DNA of 64,000 nucleotides from Mytilus trossulus (GCF_036588685.1 NC_086385.1:15399216-15463215); one strand, 5' to 3'. Shown: positions 1 through 12,760, counted from the stretch's first letter. Made by a program: numbers and translations. Notes: generated by a model from the sequence alone, not told the origin.

Positions 1-1599
1 AATAGTTATTGTTGTTATTTCTGTAATGATGTCATATATTGGCTTTATGAGAATAAAGATATCTTAATATTTTAATCACTGTATACAATAGACACACGAT
101 GTTTCAAATGAGTACTTTATTGCGTTAACGTTTTTGAAATACAAACCTGGTGTCTGCTCTATGGTCGGGTTGTTGTCGCTTTGACACAGTCCCCATTTCC
201 TTTCTCAATTTTAATTTCATTATATTTGTGATGTTTTATTTTGATGTCTGATTTAATTGATTTTTTTTAATTTGGCCATACATTAGGTCCCTTTATGGCC
301 AGTTTGAACAGCTCTTCAACAGTTGTATAGAATATATTTTTTCAAATATTTTGGCCTCGATTCTCACTTATTGACATTAACAGTCAAAAAGAGTATCTGG
401 TACAGTAAAACTGGTATCGTTAATATTATTGTATGTTTTATAAAAAAGAAGATGAGGTATGATTGCCAATGAGACAACTGTCCAGAAGATACCAAAATGA
501 CACAGACATTAACAACTATAGGTCACCGTATGTTCTTCCTGGACTGAATTTCAAGCCATTAAATTCTAAAGAAAAAATTGAAATACTCTTGCACGATTTC
601 GCAAATGCTTGTACCAGGTCAGATTTATTTTCGCATTTTTTGTTTATGATTTCGTGATTTTTATAACACAAAACCAAATTTTCAATATTTTTGATTTGTT
701 TTTATCAAAGAATTACATGTAGATGTCTGGTTAACTGTAAGTTGTATTTTTTGTTTGTTCTGGCATTTACGTTCTAGTATGAGTTTGTAGACAATACATT
801 TCAAAAGACATTAAAAATATTTTCAGACTGGTACAATGTATAGCATCTGGTATATTCTCTATTTTTGTTAAATTCGTAATATTTCGAACACAAAACAAAA
901 TGTTCATTATCTTTTATGAAATCAAATATCACAGACTCTTTACAATTTTACTAGACGTAACCATGGTAACACGGTTGTAAACATGAAAAATATAAATTAT
1001 CAGGAAAATATTCTGTCGTCTTTAAAAAAAATATAATTTGGCTATTCTACACGAAAAGAATTTTAGAAATTCTAGATAAATGTGCTTCGAAAACTGCAAT
1101 AAAAGTATTTTTAAAAATCTAAATAAATGTACTCAAAAGGCTGCTATAAAAGAATTTTTGAAAATCTAATCAAATGTTCACGGCTTCAAAGTCTATACAA
1201 AAACAATAATATCCATAAAAAAATGATCATTTACCACAGATTTCATATGAATGTCAACGTCACCAACAAAAAAGATAAATCTTTTAATTTAAAAGCTAAA
1301 AGAAAATAAGGATTTGATTTGAAATTATGCTTTCAGGTCAAGGAGTAAGTGGTATTGAATCCTTTCATCATTATATATAAGATGATAAATTAAAAAAGTT
1401 TTTTTATATCCAGCCGTGAAAAAATGTTGTGCTATGCACTTATTTTCTACGTGAAGCTCCAACATGCAAACAAAAAAAGAAAATGGTCAATATTTACACA
1501 TTCCGACTGGCAGTCTTTAACCTCTTAAAATTCAAAAAGAGAAAAAAAACACCATTAAAATGGATAAACTTAAGTTTCATAATTAAAGCACTTTAAAAT

Positions 1600-3615
1600 T
1601 TACATTTCTGCATCTAGGGAGAAAAATCGAATGATTCGTCTCGCATCCGTGGCTAGCGTGTTTTTATGTTGTGATAGTAAAAGTTTGTTGTGTCTCGCTG
1701 TAACTGAAAGTTTCCATGGAAACTGGATACCTCGTTGTATTCCAGTCCCTTCATAGGAACCGTTATATGCTACTCGGAGTACAGTTGCCCTATCCCATGA
1801 TGCAACATAAATATGACCACTACATAATGCGACTCCGGATGGAAATCCTAGATCCGGATGCATAAACCGCCAACGGATGTCTCCATCGTAAGTTAGACAG
1901 AGAAGTTCCGGTTCCGGATATTTTTGGTCGGTAATGAATATTCGCTCCTTTACGCCGTCGATTGCAACATATGTGAATTTAGTGCGATCAAATGAATGTT
2001 CATCGTGCTTTCGCCATCGTCCATTGTGTTTGACGTAAATTTGGAGTTTTGTGCTGCTGCAAACGGCTAGATGACTATTGTCATGGCTGATTGATTTGGC
2101 TTTTAGACCTGTTTGGAACGAGGCTCCGTATTTTAATTCTCCTTGTCCATACACGTTTATGGCTAGAAGAGTGTCGATATCCGGCCGTGTGACAAGTAAC
2201 TCGGTATTTGAGATAGTCGTCGTGTCGTAAGGTGCCGGTGTCACAACAATTTCTGAAACTTTGACATAAGTGGTATCATAAAGTGAAACTGTTTCGTTGG
2301 CATGATCAACCACTACCACATTGCCGTTATCTAATATGGCTATTCCAGTAATCCAAGATGGCTGTTTACTGTGTTGCGATACCTCAATGTGTGCCCCCTC
2401 ATTTATATAAAAACCGCTATTCCCACGTGCCTCAGCATAATCAACGGACGAGGCAGACCGAATGCGTTGGGATTGCACCGTACGGGGGCGGTCATCCCGA
2501 TCGCCTCCAACGCCAAAAGATGGACAAGATGAATTTGGTGAAAAATCTCGTCGTCTGCTTGTTGCCGACTTGGACGGTCTTGGACAACGTTGGCTTGGTG
2601 TTGGCAGAGAAGCAGAGCCTGATGACGTAGAACATGGTGTTTGTGGTATGCCATCGTCTCGGATAAAGTCAACACTCCCAAAGGACTGGAAATCAGTAAT
2701 GAAATTTTCGATTGACGAATTCATTTGGAAGTCAATCGTGCTTCTAAACGATTTCCTGGAGAGTTCTCGGATTTTTCTGCTGTTAGCTTCGTATTCTTTT
2801 TTCACGTTTTCCAAAGTATTTGTCATATCTTCCGCGTCTTCTTTATCTCTCGCTTCCTGCAGACTTTGAAGTGATCTTTTACATTTTTCATTGGCTTTTT
2901 GGCATTTGCGAATATCAGATTCAATTTTGTGCACCTCCTTTGATTTAAGTTTCGAAAGCTGGCTGATAACTTTTTCTTCTTGTGATTTTATGAGATCGGT
3001 TGCCTTGCGACTTGTTGTAGTTATTCGACTCTTAATTTCCTCCTCCGATTGGTCAATTCGGCTTAAAATTCCCTTTCTACTGTCCATTAGATGTTCTATG
3101 TCGTTGCACTGATCAAATAAGAAGGATATATAACGCTCCTCGGTGCTATCTGTTGAAGGAGTTACTTTGCGTGGAAGATCTTCCGCTTCTTCACGTGATA
3201 GAACTTCGTCACATTTCCGGTGCTGCAACGAGCATAACGAGCATATGTAAAGTTCATGATCAACGCAGTAAAATTCAAGTTCTTTGTTCGGATGGACGGC
3301 GCATGGGTTTAGGTAATAAGGCCTCGGTGTAGTATATGCAGAAATCATTGATACAATGTTGTGATTATTTGGTAAACTTTCAACCCATAGATGTGGAGAA
3401 AATTCCTTCCCTGTTGGAGCGAGTACAAATCCTCTGCAAACTGGACAATGATATCCCATCCTCCGCGCAAACTCAGAGTGGTGAAGAATATGATCACCGA
3501 TACATTTCTTGCAAAACGTGTGTAGGCATGGCAAAGATTTCGGTTCGTGAAAAATGTCGAAGCAAATTGTGCATGTGATTTGTTGTTCTGCTGTTTGTAT
3601 TACCGGGTCCGCCAT
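1600..3615 (-). CDS. TRIM-family E3 ubiquitin ligase (RING + B-box + coiled coil + Ser/Pro/Arg-rich linker + NHL-like beta-propeller), TRIM2/3/56-like architecture, 671 aa, single coding exon
   Basis: C3HC4 RING CTIC...PCLHTFCKKC...CPVC; B-box2 CAVH...FYCVDH..ICSLCSLQH; heptad-rich middle region; propeller repeats (ITGIAILDNGNVVVVD, FPSGVA, FPWKLSV). Polypyrimidine tract + CAG acceptor at 3637-3639 (minus strand) just upstream of the ATG; candidate 5'UTR donor at ~5182. Confidence 0.92.
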   Translation of the reverse strand: MADPVIQTAEQQITCTICFDIFHEPKSLPCLHTFCKKCIGDHILHHSEFARRMGYHCPVCRGFVLAPTGKEFSPHLWVESLPNNHNIVSMISAYTTPRPYYLNPCAVHPNKELEFYCVDHELYICSLCSLQHRKCDEVLSREEAEDLPRKVTPSTDSTEERYISFLFDQCNDIEHLMDSRKGILSRIDQSEEEIKSRITTTSRKATDLIKSQEEKVISQLSKLKSKEVHKIESDIRKCQKANEKCKRSLQSLQEARDKEDAEDMTNTLENVKKEYEANSRKIRELSRKSFRSTIDFQMNSSIENFITDFQSFGSVDFIRDDGIPQTPCSTSSGSASLPTPSQRCPRPSKSATSRRRDFSPNSSCPSFGVGGDRDDRPRTVQSQRIRSASSVDYAEARGNSGFYINEGAHIEVSQHSKQPSWITGIAILDNGNVVVVDHANETVSLYDTTYVKVSEIVVTPAPYDTTTISNTELLVTRPDIDTLLAINVYGQGELKYGASFQTGLKAKSISHDNSHLAVCSSTKLQIYVKHNGRWRKHDEHSFDRTKFTYVAIDGVKERIFITDQKYPEPELLCLTYDGDIRWRFMHPDLGFPSGVALCSGHIYVASWDRATVLRVAYNGSYEGTGIQRGIQFPWKLSVTARHNKLLLSQHKNTLATDARRIIRFFSLDAEM

Positions 3616-3964
3616 TATGATTGTCTTTGGAATCAGCTGAAAATAGAAAGAAGAAAAAAAAACTATAATAATTCAAAATGGTTTACCTTTGCATTGAGCA
3701 TATTTGTAGACTATATCACATCTATTCGTTGTGGTCTTAATACAACTTTCACATTAGCTAACCCACATGATGTATAGTATTTTGCTCACATAATACTATG
3801 ACAGCTAAATGAACGTTGAGCAGAAGGAATTATTTGCGAATTATTCTGGGATAGCCATTGTAACGAATTATATTTTCTGGCTGGGGTTCACGGAATAGAG
3901 AATAATAAGCAAACAGTTAACAGTTTTACTTGTTCTATTTGTATCCATCTGATAAGTTAAGCCT

Positions 3965-4662
3965 TTTTCAACTGATTATTATAACTGTGCGTTCTTATGT
4001 TGTACTGTTACAATATTGTTCCAGCTTAAAAGGGGAGGTGAGAGCCCGCTAATGTTTAACCATTATGCCTGTCCCATGTCAGGAGCCTTTAATTCAGTGG
4101 TCGTCTTTTGTTGATGCATGTTTTTATCATAAATTAGGCCGTTAGTTTTTGCGTTTGAATTATAAATTAACATTCGTTATTTCGGGACCTTTTATAGCTG
4201 AATATGCGATATGGGCTTTGCTCATTGTTGTAGGCCGTAGTCATTAATTTTGGTCTCTTGTGGAGAGTTGTCTTATTGGCAATCATACCACGTTTTATAT
4301 AGCATAGTACAAAATACAAAAGTTCTTATTCCATATCTTAAGCTTATTCAACTTATTATTATAACTGCGATCTAATGTTGAACTGTTACAATATTGTCCC
4401 AGCTTAAAAGGGGGGGATGAAAGCCCGCTAATGTTTAACCATTATGCCTGTCCCCTGTCAGGAGCCTTTAATTCAGTGGTCGTCTTTTGTTGATGAATTA
4501 CATATTTGTTTTTCGGGCCTCTTATAGCTGACTATGCGGTATGGGTTTTGCTCATTGTTGTAGGCCGTAGTCATTTGGTCTCTTGTGGAGAGTTGTCTTA
4601 TTGGCAATCATACCACGTTTTATATAGCATAGTACAAAATACAAAAGTTCTTATTCCATATC
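3965..4662 (+). repeat. ~380-bp tandem duplication of a dispersed-repeat segment
   Basis: ...CTGTTACAATATTGT.CCAGCTTAAAAGGGG...GTTCTTATTCCATATCTT occurs twice; the second copy has internal deletions. Confidence 0.8.
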
Positions 4663-7249
4663 TTGTGCCGAGGCTGGTTTTAGGAAGATAGCAGGCGAGG
4701 ACCCCTTTTTGAGCTACATATATATGGTTAATAGATATAAGAAGATGTGTTATGAGTGCCAATGAGACAACTATCTCATCAGTCATTATTTTTTAAAAAG
4801 GTAACCATTATAGCCCCCATTAATGCATATATAGTTTAATGTTTTTAATTCCTCCTCTTTTGTCAAAATATGGGTCTGTATAAAATGTTGTTGTGGTCTA
4901 GTAATAAAAAGATGAGGTATGATTGCAAATTAGTCAAATCTTTCTTTACCAGTGGTCGAATAACTAAAAAAATTAATATCAAAATACTACAAAATATTCT
5001 AAAAATTATTTAAGTAAAACTATGAAATCCCAATGTGTTATCGTTACTGCTGCATTTTAATCTGTCAATTTAACTTCAGCTTTTCAAATAAATTGTCATT
5101 TCATTTTCAACGTCGTTTCTAAACTTTTCGATGAAATACTTTTAAATCGAATCCATTATTACGGAATATGACACGAACTTACCTGTCCAATAAGTTGTGT
5201 ATTTAAAATTAAATATATTTGTAAATATATATATTTTTTTTCGTTCCTCATGTTTAATTTCCAATTACAAAAAACATCGTCTTTTGCTTATTTATCGACT
5301 TGTGTGTGTATTTATTTTTGAATGATTGCATTACTCTGAGTCTATCAGGACACCATGATTGCAGTGGCAGATCCAAAAGGGGGTCCGGGGTTGAAACCCC
5401 CTTCTTTTAACGATCCACCCACCCACTTTATCCTGGGTTAGGAACCCTCTTTTATAAATGGCTGGATACGCCCCTAGATTGAAATATGTCTTTTCATACA
5501 CATTTTATTCTTCGACATGATATATAATGCTTGGTCGACATGTTCCAAGCCTCTCAATCATCTTTGTTGTTGTTTACATTTCCGGTTCCCTGAGAATTCT
5601 TCATATATTAAAAAAAATCAAACTAAGAAGTAAGTAATACCAAAAAGAGTAATAAAACATAAACATACCTGATCATCAGGAATTGGCTTCCATTTTAATT
5701 TTCAATTTAAAAACAACTTCTGTGTATTGATCGAATAGCCGTTTACATTTAAATTCTAAAGGTGTATTGATTAAGAAATCGATAATATTGACAGTTTAAA
5801 TAAAGGTTCACGATTTTGTATACTATCTGTTTTCTTCAAATTGTATAACCTTTTACACGTTACATGCATTAGGATTTAAACAATTTAAAAGATATGAATC
5901 TGTAACGGCTTTGGTCTCGTACAAAAATATTATTCTAGTTTGTACACTGTCGATATGATATATCAAAGTTTATATTGGGTTGCATTGTTTGCAATAATTT
6001 TTCCCAATAAACTGTGACTTCCGTTTTCACTGAACTAGTACACATTTTTGTTTAAGGGCCAGCTGAAGCCCTTCTCCTGTTGGCGGATTTTCTCGCTGTG
6101 TTGAAGACCCATTGGTGGCCTTGTGTTGTTTTCTGCTCTTTGGTCGGGTTGTTGTCTCTTTTTCCCATTTCCATTCCCAATTTTTTTATTATATATTTTA
6201 CGGGCAGTTTGGCAGTTTTATTTTGGACTGGAGAGCAGGTTTAATAATATAAATTTTTTTTATCTTTAATTTCCCATAGTATAACAAATCACCGTAAATG
6301 TTATAATCTGATATAATGTACAATTTTCATAATTGATGTATTCTTTAGTTGTCCGACCTCCTCATTTCTCAGTTATTCATTGATCAACATGGAGTGAAAA
6401 CGTCAGTGGTTCTTGCGATGAAAGGTGACCATGCAGAATGATGACAAGAAGTATTTCGTTTGTCTGCTTATCATTTATAAATCAGGGAAACAGATCCCCA
6501 CCAAATATCTTGCACTACGATGTTTCTAATCTTTCGACAGTAAAAATAAATGTTAAAAAAAAAAACACTCGACAAGCCTCGCGTTAAAAAATGAATATCC
6601 AACAGTCTCGACTGGAAATATCATATCCCACTCGATACATTGGCAGAATCTATATATAGACGAACAAAAGGAGAATATGTATGACGTCAATGAGACAACA
6701 ATTAACACAATGACACAAATAAACAAAAGACATCGTATGTGTCAACACAACATGTCAAACCTCCGCATTTATGTTAATAACAGTTCTACAACATTCATTG
6801 TCATTTATATTTTGTAAAAATGCTTGCTAGATTTAGGCATTATATATCTTGACTATTTTTGTCAGACATTTTTACATCAAGGATGACTAGAAAACGCATT
6901 TTATTAGTGCCCGTATTATTTAATGGAATGCAATTTACACACAAGCTGAGCTAATGAAAGAAGAGAACATAACCAGTTAGATCTATGATAATTACTGCAT
7001 TTTAACACTTGTATTTACAGAGATTAAATTATTTAAAATAAATCAAAATTAAATTACTGAACTTAACATTTTTGTTTTTGTTATTTCATATATATAACAA
7101 AATGGGTGTATTTTGACCTCCCTGCGATGGTATATTGAAATATACGACTCCAATCCAAAAGTATAGCTATTTTTGACTCTTTTATATAGTAAAACAATAG
7201 TATCCTTTAACTTTACTTTCTGCTATAAAACCCAGACCCAGTGAAGTCT

Positions 7250-7430
7250 ACCTATCTTGAAGTTATCTAGAAATTGAAAATGAGCCGGGGTCGTTTGAAA
7301 ACACAACTTTACGACAAAAGGGAATAGTGAACTTTCCATTTATATGTGTAAACGTTCCAGCAGCGCCTACTTGCTGCATGCGCATTCCAACGGAGTATAT
7401 ATTTTCCAGTTGATACAATATTCCAGGCTG
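7250..7430 (+). mobile_element. Penelope-like retroelement RT C-terminal remnant
   Basis: Frameshifted match to the recalled motif series LKTxLYDKR...VNFPFIC.NxPAAP..GVYIxQLIxYSR. Confidence 0.65.
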
Positions 7431-8013
7431 GGCTTGGTGTATCTTTGTTTCAAAAATCGTAGCGGAAAAGTTCCTTTTGTCGTAACTACAAGTATGTTCC
7501 CTTTTCTCGAAAATGACCTACTGAATAAGACTTATTACCATGTACATCACGGTATGCGTAGTCTTTAGTTTTCCATCCCAGGGGCGGATCCAGCCATTTA
7601 AAAAAGGGGGGTCCTAACCCAGGACAAAAGGGGGGTGTTCCAACTACACGTCCGCATTCAAATGCATTGGTCCTTCAAAAAAGGGGGTTCCAACCCCATG
7701 AACCTCCCTCTTGGTCCGCACCTGCATCCTGTGTCTAGTTTACTATACTTATTTGTCTTTTGGTCTTTTGTTTTTTAGCCATGGCGTTGTCAGTTTCTTT
7801 TTCGACTTATGAGTTTCAATTTCCATCTGGTATCTTACACCTCTATTTTACACAGTTATGTTATATATATAAATATCAACTATAGTTGATACAAAATGTA
7901 TCGAAATTGATTATTGTTTTGAACATTTTACTTAGCAATGGTATTTTCACTCTCTGTCATGGTTAATTGAACCCTTCCTATACACTCCTTACTTTTATAA
8001 ATTTAACTAATCA

Positions 8014-8600
8014 TATATATCTTTATTCTCATCACCAAATACATAGGTACAGAGAAGACATGCAGTACAATACATTTTAAAACACATAAACATAAATATA
8101 GAATATATACAACAACAACAAAACAAATAGAATGTATGCAGGAGGACACACTCGCTTGTTTATAATTCGTATAAACTTACATAAATTTATGAGATCTGCC
8201 CTATTTGCAGACGACATAATTAATTTCACTAAATAGTATACTATTTGGTCTTCTACTAAAATTTCGATTAATTTATGAATTTATTTCTCTTTTCTCAGTA
8301 TAAAATGTGAGCAATTTATAATCATGATAATGTAATGAAATTCGTCTCCAATATCTATATTACACAAATTACACTTTTTTTCCCTCTCTATATTGTATCA
8401 TCTTCCAAGTTCGACTGGAAGTTTATGGTTACATATTCTAAATTTACATAATGTCAAAAAATGATTTTCATAGTTTTACATGTTTTAATACTGTAATCAG
8501 TAGTTTAGTATATGCATGGTATATTATATATATTAAACTATATTCTTTGTATTTTATAGCCCTTCGATCATTTATATTCTCTTACATTTTTTTGGCACTT
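8014..8600 (-). mobile_element. Degenerate LINE 3' remnant
   Basis: Minus strand reads CKFRICNHKLPVELGR*YNIEREKKCNLCNIDIGDEFHY, a typical LINE ORF2 C-terminus with one stop; 3' end GAATAAAGATATATAT. The same 3' tip recurs at ~29340-29392. Confidence 0.8.
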
Positions 8601-8667
8601 TTCGGCACGTTTTATCAACTATTCTCTATTCTATACCCCCCTATCCAGACCCTCGTACTAACATCAT

Positions 8668-9525
8668 TGCACACGTGAAAATGTTTGGCTGAAAACTAAA
8701 AGGGACATAAGGCAGCAACCATTTAATTTTCGGGGGGGGGGGGGGGGGGGGGAGCTATGTTTTTTTTGGGAAAAAAAGTTTGTTTCCAGTTTTTGGTGAA
8801 AAAAAATAATTTGTTTTGGACCCTGAGAACAAAAAAATTGTTTGTTTCACCCTGAGCTGCCACTATATGTAATTAATGCTAAAATTGAAAGGAAAAAAAT
8901 GTTTTCGGTTTGACGCTAAAAAAATAGATTATTTTTCGCCGAAGGCGAAAAAAAAACACCATAGCCCCCCCCCCCCCCCCCCCCCCCCATCCCCCCCCCT
9001 CAGAAAATCAAATGGTTGCTGCCTAACCACAACCTATATTTATTTTACAAACAATCATCATGACGTGGATTTTATACCGGCTACATTGAAATACAAAGAC
9101 AAGGACGAAAAAGAATCAGGTAGATACTAGCTCCTCGTGAAACTAAGTTATTCACATTTTTACTTTATCAGTGGCATAATTTATTTTTTCAGTCAAAATT
9201 AATATTTATTCAATATTACAGCTACTCCCCATGTCCTACATCATATATATCAATGCACAATATATCAATGCACACGTAAAAATGTTTGGCTGAAAACTGA
9301 AAGGGACATAACCACTACCCATATTTACTTTACAAACAAACATCATGACGTGGATTTTATACCGATTACATTGATTTACAAAGACAAGGACGAAGAGGAA
9401 TCAGGTAGATATTAGCTCCTCGTGAAATCAACTTATTCACCTATTTACTTTATCAGTGGCATAATTTATTCCTTCAGTTAAAATAAATATTTATTCAATA
9501 TTACAGTTACTCCTCATGTCCTACA
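8668..9525 (+). repeat. ~260-bp tandem duplication; the first copy carries the Harbinger MITE
   Basis: TGCACACGT...CATGTCCTACA occurs at ~8668-9240 and ~9269-9525. Confidence 0.85.
8711..9023. mobile_element. PIF/Harbinger-type MITE
   Basis: TIR GGCAGCAACCATTT...AAATGGTTGCTGCC with poly-G/poly-C subterminal runs; TAA TSD; empty site GGGACATAACCAC in the adjacent duplicate at ~9303-9315. Confidence 0.88.
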
Positions 9526-10009
9526 TGTCCTATGATCTCCTATGTAAGATCATATAACATGTCGTCCGACGCGACTGGACCAAGAAAGACAAACATGATA
9601 GTTTAACATCATCATGCATTAAACAACTTTTTTTTACAAAGTATATGGATAAACGAATTAACTTTTGACAATGCTAAAAGAGAGAGAGCTATATTCAACA
9701 ACAGTTGGGGGTATTTTTAGATTTATTGTTATCTATATCGTCGTTCATGTTTGTCGTTTATTTACTTCCTGGTTTAGATAAAATCATATTCATGGACGCT
9801 CAATCAAGCGGCGGTTTTAGGGGGAGGGAGCTCGCTTCTTTAGGCTTACTTTTGTGCTGAAAATTTGGTTAATTATGACAATTATGTAGGCCAAAGGAAA
9901 ATCAATGAAGCATGACTTGTGCGGCCCCTCTTAGGCAGCAAGTTGGTCCGGCCTCTCTTATAAAATGTTCTGGATCCTCCACTGCTGAATCTATGATAAA
10001 CTTAAAGTT

Positions 10010-10370
10010 GGTGTCACCCGCGGCCGAGTATCTTTTTTTGTATGAATTAAAAAACTATCATTGTCTATAGGCACAAGTAAACGGCGGATATGTCGGCCAG
10101 GAGAGGGTCACAGCCAGGTTACGGCAACTTTCCTAAGAGAAGAAAACTCTTAACATCAAAATCAACGGGTACTAGTATATCAGACTCGTAAGCCAAGGAA
10201 GGCATCTATCTATTGGAAGGAAAACCATAAACAAATAACCCTGGTCCACCAGGTTGAAGGTTGAGCTAGTAGGGTAATCTCCCCTACTCATAAAACAGCA
10301 TCTGATTATGGAAACAAGGATAAGAACTTGACCAATGAGCCTCCGGGCATTTAAGGACTAAGTAGGTAGA
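10010..10370 (+). mobile_element. Probable short non-autonomous RTE-clade derivative (5'UTR fused to 3' tail)
   Basis: Two related motifs GGCAACTTTCCTAAGAGAAGAAAACTC and GGCATCTATCTATTGGAAGGAAAACC resemble RTE 5'UTRs; ends CCGGGCATTTAAGGACTAAGTAGGTAG, like RTE (TAAG)n tails. Confidence 0.5.
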
Positions 10371-11020
10371 AAAAAAAACACGGGGGATATAAAAAAAATA
10401 TAAGAAGATGTGGTATGATTGCAACTACTCATATGAGACCAAATGAAACAAAAATTAACAACAATAGATCACTATATAGGTCTCCAAACGGCATTTGATA
10501 ATGATCAAAACCAATACAGCATCGTCAGCTACATATATATAAAAGGCACCAAAATGACAAATGTAAAACAATTAAAATCGAGAAAACTACCGACCTAATA
10601 TTTGTAAAAAATAATGAAAGAAAAACAAATATGTATCACAGCAACACATACTAAATTACATGGCGTTGTCAGTTTATTATCGATCTATGCGTTTGAATGT
10701 ACCTCTAGTATCTTTCGCCTCTCTTTTACAGGCTCTTGACTTAGGACAGACACATACATTTAGAGAATGTGACAGGAATAAACATATTATTAATGGGATC
10801 CCAACCCTCCCCTAACCTGTGACAGTAGTGAAGAGTTGTCCCATTGGCAATCATACCATATCTTCTTTTTTATATTAACAATATATGTTCTTGCCCAACA
10901 ATATTTATTTATAAAATAGGGGAGAGATGACTCAGTGCACGCAGGAATTGAAGTGAATGACTGGGTGAGGTGAAACGACGTATTTTAATGTATAATTCTT
11001 TTATCATTGTAGTGGGTAAA

Positions 11021-12760
11021 ATGACAACAGAAACACAAGAAATCATATGTGGACCATGCGACTTTCGAGAAATTGCAATGCCAGCAGTCGTATGGTGTCC
11101 GACATGTGATGAAGGACTGTGCGACGAATGTAGCGGCCATCATAGCGCAGCGAAGGCCACGAGAGGTCATAAACTTATAAACAGCGACCACTATAAGGAA
11201 ATGCCGAGAAAAATGATTGAAGAGTTAAACAAATGTACTAAACATGACGAAAGGTACGAACTCTTTTGTCCAAACCATGAAATTCATTGTTGTGTACAGT
11301 GCGTGAAAGAAAAACATGCAAACTGTACCGGGGTAACGCTACTCAATAAAGTCATTGAAAACATTAAGTCGTCCGCCATGGTTTCAACAATTACGCAAAA
11401 GTTGGATAAAAGGCTAGATGGACTTATGAAACTTAAGAAAAATCGGACGGAGAATATCGATCGCCTTGATAAACAGTCGTCAGAGCTGTGCGCTGATTTT
11501 AGGCGCATGCGTAAGGAAATGGATCTCGTTCTAGATGAATTTGAGAATACTTTGAATGAGCAAGCAACGTCAGTCAGGAAGACACAATCCATTATTGTAA
11601 ACAACTCCATTACTCAAATTTGTACACATGAGTCTATTTATAAAGAAATGCATTCTGGTCTGCAGACGGTTCTAGCATACGGAAGTGACTTTCAAGTATA
11701 CTCAGCGATTAAAAAGATCGAAGAAAATATCATGAATGAAGATAAAAAAACTGAATTGTTTTTAAAAAACAACAATGGTTTACAAGAAATAAATGTTGCT
11801 CTCGAATGCAGCCAACAGTTGTCTGCTCTGCTGTCTAAAGACATTTCGCTTGCAACGGTCAGGACATCTAATTCCACTTTAGCATGCGATTTGAACATAT
11901 TTGACAATTTAGAAGCACAAAAACTGTCAACAACTAATAGGACCGCCGTGTCAGAATTGAAATTAAAGCAGTTTTTCCAAGCAACTTCACGTTGCTGGTC
12001 AACCAATTCCGTACCTCCCGATTTTATAAACATTACAAGCATTGTCCCTTTGCCTTCTGGACAGACTGTCATGACCGATTATGGAGGTAAGCTAGGTATC
12101 CTGCTTTTCAATAGTAATGGTGGTTTAGACATCAGGTATGACAACCTAGGTACACCGCATGGTTCATGCCTGATTAGTGATTCTGTTATTGCAGTGTCGT
12201 TTCCTTTGAACAATAATATTAAATTATTACAAGTTTACGGTTTGTCTTGTACAATAAAGAACACTTTTAAATTCGATCAAATGTGTTTTGGTTTGTGTGT
12301 GAATTCGGACGGAAACATTGTAGCTGCTACAAGAAAACCTGATGACGGTTTACTTTTAATAAATTTAAATGGAGAAATTTTGAAGCGTATTGGTTTAGGA
12401 CTGCCATTGATCAATTATGTGCAATGCTGCAAAAACAAAATAATTGTAGCCGAACTCGAATCAAAAGAAATTACTATGTATGACCACGAAGGAAATAAAA
12501 TACAAACATTTACTTTCGAAGGCGAACACGATACCAGAAACATCTGCTTTGATAAACACGGTAATATATTTGTAAGTGCATTGCAGACAGCAAAAGTTAC
12601 CGTAATTTCAGAGAAAGATGACCATAGGCAAGATATTTTGGGAATTACGGATAGGTTTCGTGGTCCAAAGGCAATTGTTTATGATCAGAAAAATAACACA
12701 ATTATAGTTGCAAATAAAGACGGGCAGCATTCTGCTATTTATGACATTGTTTACAAGTAA
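11021..12760 (+). CDS. RING-less TRIM-like protein (B-box1 + B-box2 + coiled coil + NHL-like beta-propeller), 579 aa, single coding exon
   Basis: B-box1 CGPC...WCPTCDEGLCDECSGHH...H; B-box2 CTKH...FCPNH..CCVQCVKEKH; coiled coil; propeller (NICFDKHGNIFVS, GPKAIVYDQKNN). Start set to ATG 11021, after the acceptor TTGTAG at 11012; the ORF track's GTG start at 10970 is probably intronic. Confidence 0.9.
   Translation: MTTETQEIICGPCDFREIAMPAVVWCPTCDEGLCDECSGHHSAAKATRGHKLINSDHYKEMPRKMIEELNKCTKHDERYELFCPNHEIHCCVQCVKEKHANCTGVTLLNKVIENIKSSAMVSTITQKLDKRLDGLMKLKKNRTENIDRLDKQSSELCADFRRMRKEMDLVLDEFENTLNEQATSVRKTQSIIVNNSITQICTHESIYKEMHSGLQTVLAYGSDFQVYSAIKKIEENIMNEDKKTELFLKNNNGLQEINVALECSQQLSALLSKDISLATVRTSNSTLACDLNIFDNLEAQKLSTTNRTAVSELKLKQFFQATSRCWSTNSVPPDFINITSIVPLPSGQTVMTDYGGKLGILLFNSNGGLDIRYDNLGTPHGSCLISDSVIAVSFPLNNNIKLLQVYGLSCTIKNTFKFDQMCFGLCVNSDGNIVAATRKPDDGLLLINLNGEILKRIGLGLPLINYVQCCKNKIIVAELESKEITMYDHEGNKIQTFTFEGEHDTRNICFDKHGNIFVSALQTAKVTVISEKDDHRQDILGITDRFRGPKAIVYDQKNNTIIVANKDGQHSAIYDIVYK

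Noticed and set aside
463-657. Family of similar short ORFs (463, 17689, 34005, 35517, 47179)
   Set aside because: All come from the abundant non-coding dispersed repeat, with inconsistent frames and non-ATG starts.
2358-3777. Short ORFs overlapping the TRIM gene (likewise within 10985-12072, 18246-20468, 39684-40235, 52825-53374, 63270-63578)
   Set aside because: Antisense or alternate-frame shadows of real CDSs with no recognisable motifs.
8876-9130. Poly-proline ORF (also poly-Gly/Pro ORFs at 51179-51707)
   Set aside because: Derived from poly-C/poly-G runs within MITEs.
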